DNA from: Nitrosopumilus sp.
Lineage (GTDB): Archaea; Thermoproteota; Nitrososphaeria; Nitrososphaerales; Nitrosopumilaceae
Direction: 5' to 3'
Length of the DNA: 64,000 bases
Assembly (NCBI GenBank): GCA_965205425.1
Contig: CBDBGZ010000009.1
Span: 928,001-992,000, forward strand
The number at the start of each line of letters is the position of its first letter. The first letter of the stretch is position 1. Position numbers and translations under genes: made by a program. Below are positions 29,217-38,312 of the stretch, one piece after another. Under the pieces are notes generated by a model. That model was not told the DNA's origin. It saw nothing but the letters and a program-made list of their open reading frames with translations, and ran no database searches.

Positions 29217-30128
29217 GTGGAACCTAGTATTGCAACTTCCATAGGTCAAATTCAATTAGATAAACCTGTAATGCTCGCGTCTGGAATTCTAGGCATATCT
29301 TTGGATGTGTTTAATCGTCTTTATGCATCTGGTGCGGGAGCAGTTGTAACCAAATCTCTTAGTACTGCGGCATGGGAAGGATATCCGAATCCTACAATCT
29401 TTAGTGTAAAGGGTGGTGGATGGATAAACGCAGTTGGACTTTCAAATCCAGGTGCGTCAAATTTTGCTAAAATGATTGAGCCAAATCAAAATGTTCCAAT
29501 AATTGTGAGTTTGGTTGGTTCTGTACCTGAAGATTTTGAAATGATGATAAAAGAATTCAAAAATTGCAAAGTCAAAGCATACGAGCTAAATTTGTCATGT
29601 CCCCATGTGGCCAGAGTTGGTTTGGAAGTTGGAGATGATCCTGGATTAGTTAAAGAAATTGTATCTACTGTGAAAAAAATAACTGATGTACCAGTTATTG
29701 CTAAAGTGGGTTTAGGTACAAGTAATTATCTCAATACTGTTAGTACGGCAATTGATTCTGGAATTGATGCTATTACTGCAATTAACACGGTCCGTGCAAT
29801 GGCAATAGATGTTGAAACTAAACGACCTATACTTAGTAACAAGTATGGCGGATTATCTGGAACTCCGATAAAACCAATTGCGTTAAGATGTGTTTATGAG
29901 ATTTCTTCAAAATATGATATACCGATAATTGGATGTGGAGGAATTTCTACTTGGGAAGATGCTGTTGAATTTTTCTTGGCAGGAGCTTCTGGTGTTCAAC
30001 TTGGAAGTGCAATTGGAGATAACTGGGTTGGTGTATTTGATGATATTAACAAAGGCATCTTAGATTACATGAAGAGAAATAATTATTCTACAATAAAGAA
30101 GATGGTGGGTCTTGCAAAGAAATCTTAA
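29217..30128 (+). CDS. pyrD: Dihydroorotate dehydrogenase family 1B, catalytic subunit
   Basis: NAVGLSNPG, ELNLSCPH, GGLSG motifs. Confidence 0.95.
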   Translation: MEPSIATSIGQIQLDKPVMLASGILGISLDVFNRLYASGAGAVVTKSLSTAAWEGYPNPTIFSVKGGGWINAVGLSNPGASNFAKMIEPNQNVPIIVSLVGSVPEDFEMMIKEFKNCKVKAYELNLSCPHVARVGLEVGDDPGLVKEIVSTVKKITDVPVIAKVGLGTSNYLNTVSTAIDSGIDAITAINTVRAMAIDVETKRPILSNKYGGLSGTPIKPIALRCVYEISSKYDIPIIGCGGISTWEDAVEFFLAGASGVQLGSAIGDNWVGVFDDINKGILDYMKRNNYSTIKKMVGLAKKS

Positions 30129-30924
30129 TCACCCTACTATTGTTACAATTGAAAAAGTAATTGATGAAACACCAACTGTCCGAACTCTAGTTTTTTCAGA
30201 TGATGTAATGCCTACTGTTTTACCTGGACAATTTGCTATGGTTTGGATACCTGGTGTAAATGAATTACCGATGAGTGTAATGATTTCAAAAGAATCTGGT
30301 AAAGCTGCATTTACTGTTAGAAAACATGGGCCTTCATCTACTGGATTATTCAATGTCCCAGTTGGTGGTCAAATAGGAATTCGAGGTCCTTATGGAAATT
30401 CATTTGATGTTAAAGAAGGAAAACTTTTGCTTGTTGGTGGAGGTACTGGTCTTGTTCCAATGATGAGATTACTTACTTTTGTAAAGCCCACCGATGATGT
30501 TACCGTCTTAATGGGTGCAAAATCAAAAGATGAAGTCTTCTTTGAAGATTTATCAAATGAATTATTGAAAAATAATTCTCATAGAGTGATTGTTTCAACT
30601 GATGATGGTAGTTATGGTGAAAAAGGATTTGTAACTGATTTGGTTGAAAAATTAGTCGGTGAAACCCATTTTGATGCTGTGTATGTATGTGGCCCTGAAA
30701 TCATGATGTACAAAACTGTCCAATCTGCTCATTCAAAACAAATCTTTGTTCAAGCTAGTCTTGAGAGGATGATGAAATGTGGTGTTGGAATATGTGGCAG
30801 TTGTTGTGTGGGTGAAGATCTTGCATGTAGAGATGGAACTGTTTTTGATGGAGACCATTTATCCAAAAATAAAGAATTTGGTCATTTACATAGAAACAAG
30901 GCTGGAATCTTAGAAAATTACTGA
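30112..30924 (+). CDS. pyrK: Dihydroorotate dehydrogenase electron-transfer subunit
   Basis: RGPYGN, GGGTG, CGP, MKCGVGICGSC motifs. Confidence 0.95.
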   Translation: MQRNLNHPTIVTIEKVIDETPTVRTLVFSDDVMPTVLPGQFAMVWIPGVNELPMSVMISKESGKAAFTVRKHGPSSTGLFNVPVGGQIGIRGPYGNSFDVKEGKLLLVGGGTGLVPMMRLLTFVKPTDDVTVLMGAKSKDEVFFEDLSNELLKNNSHRVIVSTDDGSYGEKGFVTDLVEKLVGETHFDAVYVCGPEIMMYKTVQSAHSKQIFVQASLERMMKCGVGICGSCCVGEDLACRDGTVFDGDHLSKNKEFGHLHRNKAGILENY

Positions 30925-30966
30925 GTTTTACTAGCAAGGTTTAAAATAAATCATAAAATTATTTCC

Positions 30967-32700
30967 GTGAAGGGTATGGGTACTCCAAAAATAGTCTTAA
31001 CGGCTGATAGAACTTTGATGTCTCCTTATAGGGGGTTGTCTCTTGCAACATTTTTCGGATGTGCTCCGGCATTAGATCCTAACAGAGATAAGAACAGTTT
31101 TTGGTATAAGATCCTTGGAAATCAAGTAACTCCAAAAGTTCTATTTGATTTCATTTGTAATTGGTCTCCTGATATTGACGGTGTGGCAAAATACGCTCCA
31201 TATGGATTAAGAAAGTTGGAAGCTGGCTTGTTACGTGATGGTTTTTCTCGAAAAGATGTAGTTATTGCTCATCCAAATCACATTGAAAAGTTCATTGGTC
31301 CTGAAACTGAAGTCATTGGAACTTATGAAATGGATCCTCTTGGCATGGGTCCAGTTACTATGACATTTACTTATGGACGAAAACAAACTTCTTACGATGA
31401 ATTTTACAATGCAGAATTACATCATAGAATTAAAGCTGCAAAAGCAAGAACTGGAAGTAAAGCAAAAGTAATTTCTGGTGCTTCTGGAACATGGCAATAC
31501 AACTATGATCCAGCAAAAATTGAAGAATTTGGAATCTATGCAATTCTAGAAGGAGAGCTTGGAGGTATTGCACCTGAGATTGATGGACATGCAGGTCGCT
31601 TCTTTAATTATTTGATTAATGGTGATTTTGAAAATATGGATCCTTTCAGAAAGAGAAGTGACTTTAAAGTTAACATTAAAGAATTTGAAAGAGAAGGAAA
31701 AAAAATTCACGGAAGATTTGTAAATTTCTGGGATAGACCTGATCTCGAAGAAATTCCTGATATTGTGGAGCCAAGTATGCATGGTATGGTTGAAGTAATG
31801 CGTGGTTGTGGTAGGGGATGTAAATTTTGTGATGTCACATTAAGATCTTTAAGATACTATTCACCCGAAAAAGTGAAAAAAGAAATTGAAGTTAACATAA
31901 AGAAAGGTGGCTCTAAATCTGCATGGATTCACAGTGATGATATTTTCGTATATGGAATGGATCCTAGAACTGCAAAAGGAATGGAACCAAATAGAGAAGC
32001 CTTGGAAGAATTATTTACAGCAATTATGTCAACTGGTGTTGAGCACACAAACCCAACTCATGGCACGTTGGCAGGTGCAATTGCTGATGAGAAATTAATC
32101 CCAAATCTATCAAAAATCATAAAAGCAGGTCCTGATAACATGATTGGTATTCAAGCAGGATTTGAAACTGGAAGTCTTAGATTAATTGGTAAATATGCTG
32201 ATAGAAAACTTGCACCTTATGATCCATCTGAATGGCATTGGGTTGTCAAAGAAGGTGTCAAAACTTTGAACCAAGACTATTGGATTCCTGCATTTACATT
32301 AATTATGGGTCTTGATAATGACGAAACCCCTGAAGATTCTTGGGAAACTATTAGATTACTAAGTGAATTAGAACATGAACAACCAGATTCAATGTTTACT
32401 GCAACAGCTTTGACTTTTGTTCCTATTGGTTTACTTGAAAAATCTGATTTCTTCCATATTGGAAATGAAATGACTCCTGCACAACTTGGAGTTCTTTACA
32501 AAACATGGCAACACAATTTCAAATATGGTATTCAAAAATTCATGACTAAGACTGGAGCAAAAGGTCCACAGAGATACTTTTTCAATGCTATTGCTCGATC
32601 CCTTGGTGGTGTTCCACTTGGTGCTATGGAGAAATATGCCCGTAGAAAGAGTAAGGAACACGAAAAAGTCATAGAGACTGTAAAGGCCAAATACTGGTAG
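30967..32700 (+). CDS. Radical SAM protein, probable GDGT ring synthase (Grs) family
   Basis: CGRGCKFC; N-terminal IVLTADRTLMS and APYGLRKLEA motifs as recalled for GrsA/B-type proteins. Confidence 0.65.
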   Translation: MKGMGTPKIVLTADRTLMSPYRGLSLATFFGCAPALDPNRDKNSFWYKILGNQVTPKVLFDFICNWSPDIDGVAKYAPYGLRKLEAGLLRDGFSRKDVVIAHPNHIEKFIGPETEVIGTYEMDPLGMGPVTMTFTYGRKQTSYDEFYNAELHHRIKAAKARTGSKAKVISGASGTWQYNYDPAKIEEFGIYAILEGELGGIAPEIDGHAGRFFNYLINGDFENMDPFRKRSDFKVNIKEFEREGKKIHGRFVNFWDRPDLEEIPDIVEPSMHGMVEVMRGCGRGCKFCDVTLRSLRYYSPEKVKKEIEVNIKKGGSKSAWIHSDDIFVYGMDPRTAKGMEPNREALEELFTAIMSTGVEHTNPTHGTLAGAIADEKLIPNLSKIIKAGPDNMIGIQAGFETGSLRLIGKYADRKLAPYDPSEWHWVVKEGVKTLNQDYWIPAFTLIMGLDNDETPEDSWETIRLLSELEHEQPDSMFTATALTFVPIGLLEKSDFFHIGNEMTPAQLGVLYKTWQHNFKYGIQKFMTKTGAKGPQRYFFNAIARSLGGVPLGAMEKYARRKSKEHEKVIETVKAKYW

Positions 32701-32740
32701 TCATCCAAATACATAAATTCACTAATTCTTCATTCAAAAC

Positions 32741-32923
32741 ATGGCAACACACGGTTCACTTACCAAAGCAGGTAAAGTAAGAGGACAAACCCCTAAAGTT
32801 GAGGGTAGAAAGATTGTAGGCACTAGTTCTAGTGTTGGCAACAAAAGTAATTACAATAAACGATTTGTTTTAGGCAGATATCCTGGTCAAAATAAACCTG
32901 GACAAAGAAGAAAGAGACGATAG
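32741..32923 (+). CDS. rps30e: Ribosomal protein S30e
   Basis: HGSLTKAGKVRGQTPKV. Confidence 0.97.
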   Translation: MATHGSLTKAGKVRGQTPKVEGRKIVGTSSSVGNKSNYNKRFVLGRYPGQNKPGQRRKRR

Positions 32924-32987
32924 TCAATTCTCGTTAAATTTTATAATCATGCCTAATTTTGCTTGATTTTCCCATTTTATGCTGATT

Positions 32988-33083
32988 TGTGGGTTTTGAA
33001 TAATTACTGTGAAACCCACTGCGGGTTTTGTATTTCTTAGCTAAAACCCACTATGGGTTTTACCCTGTTTTTTTAAAACCCGT
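32988..33083. repeat. Three tandem 32-bp units with palindromic arms and variable cores
   Basis: TRYGGGTTTT-N13-RAAACCCRY at 32988, 33020 and 33052. Confidence 0.85.
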
Positions 33084-33355
33084 TGATTCAGAACGCAAGA
33101 GAACCCAAAAAAAGGTTCTGTCAAGTTAGCGGGATATAGGTCAAATTCTTCTACCTGTCAAAGATCGGGACATAATTAGTGCAAAATATCCCTAGTTTTT
33201 CCTTTTCCTGATTGTTCGTTTTCATCTATTGTAATTTCTTCACATTCCTCAGGATTGTATGTTAAGATATTTTGATTCATGGAAATGATGGCATCCTGCT
33301 TATAGTTAAGGCATTAAATATTTGAATAATTTCACAACTCGAACGTCTCCATTAT

Positions 33356-34675
33356 CAGTAGATGGGAAAGTAACTCAAGTTACACATTCTAGAAAATAAT
33401 TATTTTTGTTATTTCTAAAGTAATGAATAATTATCTTTACAAAGAAATATTTGAGAATTTCAATTGATATTATTGGTTTGTGATTTTGTACATTAGTTTC
33501 TTCTGAGATAATCAAATTAGCAATTATCCATGCATTGTACAAAATCAATGAATAGTAAAAATACAACAATCTTATGGATTGGTTTGAACTGGTGGTTTTT
33601 GGTCTGAACCTTCCCACACATGCATATCCTGTTTCAATTCCCCAACGTTTCTTGTAATCAGTTGGAATGTTTTGTATGTTATATGATATTTCTTTTGGTG
33701 AAACGTTTGTTGCAAACACAACATACTGATCAATAATATCTGATTTTTTTCTTGCATTTTTGTTTGGTAGAATAACTAGATTAAATGATTCTACATGTCC
33801 TGATGATGATTTTATTGTGTATGGCGAGATTGACTTTCTATCTCCATTAACGTATTGTACAATTGCATCTTTGATTCGAGAATTCTTTTTTGCAGGCATT
33901 AGAAATTTTAAATTCCTTTGTTTTATTTCTGAAATTGTTCCAGCTGTGAAAAACTCCCTATCCACTAGCAATAGTTTAATCTTGATTCCATTATTGATGC
34001 CATCAGAGAGTAATTTACGCACAAAATCGGCATTTGATATGTTGTCATACAAAGGATAACAACCTAATTGAGCCCTGATTCTTTTTTCAACGCACTGCAT
34101 GGTGCAGTAACTCTCAAAATGAGTAGTACTGTTTTTTGATTTTGATTTTATTAAAGAATGATTTGGCAATTTGTCATATCTTGGGATTAGATGTTTGTCA
34201 ATTGCTACAGTAACTGGTTGCTCCAATACTCCCAATTCTTGTAATTTTGATATGGTACTATCCAGTGAACGATGTAATTGAATTTGCATTGTTTTTTGTG
34301 ATATTTTTGATATAATTTTTCTCAACCATGAAACCCGTTGGAGAATGATTCTGGGATTCCATTGCCAGTCTCTTTAATCCAGATTCAGAATATGAATTTC
34401 CCAAACACAATGACATGATAGAATTGTGTGCATCAGCATTGTGGAACCGTGAGTTATTTTTACTAGAGCATGGAAACAACAAGATATTGTACATTATTTT
34501 AGTGATAATCTCAAATGCTTTAGATAGTATCACGCCTTGGTGTGTCATGGTATCAAATGAAGTACAATGCATATTTGATGGAGTGACATACTTTCATCAA
34601 GCTTTTTCTATCTGAATAGATTGATTGAATAATTGATAGTTTTTGATCTAAATTGAGTTACTTTCCCATCTACTG
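33356..34675 (-). mobile_element. ISH3-family (IS4-like) insertion sequence with frameshifted transposase (33375-34572)
   Basis: Perfect 23-bp TIR CAGTAGATGGGAAAGTAACTCAA; VAID, LVDREF, YKKRWGIETGY motifs; flanks ATTAT/GTTAT. Confidence 0.92.
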
Positions 34676-34678
34676 GTT

Positions 34679-34942
34679 ATGAGGGCGAGACATGCATTGT
34701 ATAGTGAATTATCCGTAGCACAGTTACTCAAACTCAATTTTCTTGGTAATGTAAGACATCAGAACCAGATTAAAGATGCGTTAACTGCAATTAAAAAACA
34801 CAACAAGAAAAATATTGATTTTGTTTTAAAAAAAATAACTGATTTAGAAAAAGAATCGATAAACCTACGTGATGATGCAGATTTTATCAATCATTTGAAA
34901 AGACGTTATAAAGACAGGGCAGTTGATATTTCACTTGAGTGA
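34679..34942 (+). CDS. Hypothetical cargo protein
   Basis: 87-aa ORF inside the IS6-like element. Confidence 0.5.
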   Translation: MRARHALYSELSVAQLLKLNFLGNVRHQNQIKDALTAIKKHNKKNIDFVLKKITDLEKESINLRDDADFINHLKRRYKDRAVDISLE

Positions 34943-35252
34943 ATGGGATGCAGAACATAGAAAATTAGCAGAGGAATGGAAAAATGTTTTAATTCAAACA
35001 AAATTGAATCAAGAATTGTATGAAAATTTGATTCACTCCATACGCTGGTTTTTTAGATATTGTAAAGACAATGATATTATTCCTACAAATAAACATGAAT
35101 TAGTCATGTGTATGGAAAAATCATTGAAAATCATGGACAAAATAGCTTATTGTCAACCGACAGGTAACACAGACAATTCCAACCTAAGAGGTAACAGAAC
35201 CCAAAAAAACAATGTTTATAATGTACTGGTACCGTACTATACGGTATGGTAG
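34923..35252 (+). CDS. Hypothetical cargo protein reading through the element's right end
   Basis: Helical ORF; its C-terminus is encoded by the terminal repeat and flank. Confidence 0.5.
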   Translation: MIFHLSEWDAEHRKLAEEWKNVLIQTKLNQELYENLIHSIRWFFRYCKDNDIIPTNKHELVMCMEKSLKIMDKIAYCQPTGNTDNSNLRGNRTQKNNVYNVLVPYYTVW

Positions 35253-36421
35253 AAGATTTAAGATTAGATAGTTTAGAGGGCGTAGGCCCTGTAACTACAA
35301 GAAAATTATCCGATGCAGGTGTCCACAACGTCATGGACCTCATCGTTAGAGGTCCTGTTGAAATTGCAGATATTACTGGAATGGAAAAGGATACTGCTGA
35401 AAAAATTGTCAATAAAGCCAGACAACATTTAGTTGAAGGTGGATTAATTGCTAAAGACTTTGTCAGTGCAAGTGAAATTTACAAGTATAGACAAAGTATT
35501 GGTAAAATTACAACTGGTACAAATTGCCTTGATACATTATTTGATGGAGGTATAGAAACTCAAGCATTAACTGAAGTCTATGGAGAATTTGGTTGTGGTA
35601 AAACACAATTTGCACATACCATGTCTGTAATGGTTCAAAAAACCAAAGAAGAAGGTGGTCTTGAAGGTTCTGTCTTATACATTGATACAGAAAATACTTT
35701 CAGACCTGAAAGAATTGTATCTATTGCACAAGCACATGATATGGATCCTGAAAAAGTTTTAGATAATATCATAGTAGCTCGTGCATACAACAGTGCACAC
35801 CAAGTATTGATTTTAGAAGAAGCTGGACCTGTAATTGAAGAAAACAATGTTAAACTCATTGTTGCAGATTCTGCAGTTGGACTATTCCGAGCTGAATATC
35901 TTGGAAGAGGAACATTATCTGTACGACAACAAAAACTAAATCACTTTGTTCATTTGTTGTCAAGAATCGCAGAAACATACAACTGTGCTGCAATTGCAAC
36001 AAATCAAGTTATGGCATCACCTGATGTCTTCTTTGGTGATCCAACTCGTCCAATTGGTGGAAATGTAGTTGCACATACTAGTACGTACAGAATCTACTTT
36101 AAGAAATCAGGTAAGAAACGAATTGCTCGAATGGTGGATAGTCCTCATCATCCTGAAGAGGAAGTAATCTTTGCTCTAGGTGAAGCAGGTATTATAGATC
36201 CTGAAGAAGCTGAGAAAAAGACGAAAAAGACTACTAAAAAAGCAACCACCAAAAAAGCAACCACCAAAAAGGCAAAAGAGTCTGAGGTAGAGGCTACAGT
36301 AGAAACGCCTGAGGTAGAGGCTACAGTAGAAACGCCTGAGGTAGAGGCTACAGTAGAAACGCCTGAGGTAGAGGCTACAAAAGAGATTGAATCTGATGAT
36401 TTCGATCCTGTAGAAGAGTAA
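35246..36421 (+). CDS. radA: DNA repair and recombination protein RadA
   Basis: GEFGCGKTQ, YIDTENTFRPER, GGNVVAH motifs. Confidence 0.97.
   Translation: MVEDLRLDSLEGVGPVTTRKLSDAGVHNVMDLIVRGPVEIADITGMEKDTAEKIVNKARQHLVEGGLIAKDFVSASEIYKYRQSIGKITTGTNCLDTLFDGGIETQALTEVYGEFGCGKTQFAHTMSVMVQKTKEEGGLEGSVLYIDTENTFRPERIVSIAQAHDMDPEKVLDNIIVARAYNSAHQVLILEEAGPVIEENNVKLIVADSAVGLFRAEYLGRGTLSVRQQKLNHFVHLLSRIAETYNCAAIATNQVMASPDVFFGDPTRPIGGNVVAHTSTYRIYFKKSGKKRIARMVDSPHHPEEEVIFALGEAGIIDPEEAEKKTKKTTKKATTKKATTKKAKESEVEATVETPEVEATVETPEVEATVETPEVEATKEIESDDFDPVEE
36282..36379 (+). repeat. 27-bp coding tandem repeat (EVEATVETP), about 3.6 copies, in the RadA tail
   Basis: CTGAGGTAGAGGCTACAGTAGAAACGC repeated exactly. 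Confidence 0.95.
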
Positions 36422-36471
36422 TCCCTCTTATTCCATCTTTTTGTTCTTTTTGATTTTCTAAATATTTATTC

Positions 36472-38237
36472 TTAGAATGATGTAATTTTTGTATCATTAA
36501 TTTTTTGAATCATATCTGCATCTACTATATTTAACAAATCATGTAATTTACGAAATCCTTTCTTAGTTTCTTTTCTCTCTTTTAATTCATCAAAGTCAAT
36601 ATCTACTCCATAGGCTTTAACGAATCCTTTCAATGTATCTAATGTTTTTTCAATACTTACATCTTTACCACTAAGATAAAATGAAAAATGCATTAATGAT
36701 GATTGAAAACTATGATAATCATTCCAATCTCTTACTAATGTCGAATTTGGAAAATACGATTTAATTTTCCCACCAATTAAAAATAAGGTTTTTCCAATTT
36801 TTTCAGTTTCAGGACCAATGAATTTTATTTTTTTAGGTGATTGTAAACCTATTACCACCAACTATTTTTGAGTAATTATTGGAAAAAACAATCAACATAA
36901 TTGAGTTATCTAAAATAATTCACAACAAATCAACTGCATTGGAATTTCTCTGCAACCAATTCAAAAAGAAAAACACAATTCATTGTTCATCATGTAACTC
37001 TGAGAATTACTATATTATTTCAAGAGGGAAACTAAGATGCAAAGATTGCAAGACAGATTATAGACCGTTTGCTGGAACATGGTTTGATATCATCAACATT
37101 AATTTTACAAAATGGTTGGCCCTAGTCAAACTATTTGATCTTGGGATTAGTGCAAGACATGCAGCTAGAGAAGCAGATGTCAGTTATCCAACTTGCACTA
37201 AATGCTTTTGATTGCATCAGATATTCAATACTGTATCACTTGGCAGAATCAGACAAGAAACTAAAAGGGAAAATTGAGGCTGACGAGGCGACTATTTTGG
37301 AGGAAAAAGAAAGGGAAATCGTGGCAGAGGTGCCAAGAACAAGACCATCGTATTTGGCATACTGGAAAGAAAGGGAAAAGTTCACGTTGAGATTGTAAAC
37401 AATGTCAAGGCCAAGACCCTTTTGAAAAGTACGATTAGAAAAGTCAAGAAGGGAAGTATCGTGTACACTGACAAGTGGAAGGGATACGATTCACTTGTGT
37501 TTAATGGTTACAAGCATCTCTCAATAGACCACAGCAAGATGTTTGGGAGTGGTGATGTGTACATTAATGGTATTGAAGGGTTTTGGAGTTTTGCAAAAGA
37601 GAACATGGCAAAGCATCATGGTGTTAGTCCAGGAAAGTTTCTGTTGTATATCAAGGAAATGGAATGGAGATACAACAACAGAGATGGAAGATACTTTCTC
37701 ATTATTGTTAGATTATGTGTTGGTGGTGAATAATTGATAATCACCTTTTTTTATTGTCTAATATTACCATCTGATAGCAAATTGTTGAGAGATCTACTTT
37801 ATTTTCAACAATCATATTAATTAAATCCGATTTTATCTCTACTTTTTTCTTATGGTCAGTCCACAATCTTGCTCTCCATGGAACAACAATAGATGTGATT
37901 GATGCTCCGACTATCAATAAAAGCAAAGGATGTTGAAGAATTTCATAAGCTGTAATTTCTTTAGTTTCTATTTCTTCAATGTTGATAGATTCAATTTTTT
38001 TTAATATTTGTTGTTGTACTTCAAATGTTTCAATTTTTTCTGCAACGCTTTCACAATCTATAGAATTTTCCTCACATGTAGATTCCATTGATGAAAATGC
38101 ATCTGTGATTAAATCCGTATTATTTTTAATGGATTCAATCACAAGTTTGGAATCTATGGAATTGTCAAAATTGGTTTGATTTTCAGCAAATGCGGGCGTA
38201 AAAAAACACTAAAAAACAAAATAAGTAAGAATTTCAT
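36472..38237 (-). pseudogene. Exported/membrane protein gene split by IS1595 copy 3
   Basis: Removing the IS plus one TSD restores in-frame VILDN-KK-IKFIGPE; extra frameshift in the A7 run at 38200-38206. Confidence 0.8.
36836..37745 (+). mobile_element. IS1595-family element copy 3
   Basis: 910 bp, TIRs, 8-bp TSD TTTTTTTA (36828-36835, 37746-37753). Confidence 0.95.
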
Positions 38238-38312
38238 ACTAGAGCACTAATCTAATTCGTTTTAATCTTATCGTCAAATTTTAAATTGAGATCTAATGAA
38301 ATCAAATGTATC

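Larger units (their letters stand above)
33114..35201. mobile_element. Non-autonomous element with IS6-like ends carrying small ORFs
   Basis: GGTTCTGT...ACAGAACC termini, subterminal TACCTGTC/GACAGGTA, 8-bp direct repeat CAAAAAAA at 33106-33113 and 35202-35209. Confidence 0.7.

Noticed and set aside
32988..33083. CRISPR array
   Set aside because: Only 13-nt variable cores, three units and no cas genes; kept as an unexplained repeat
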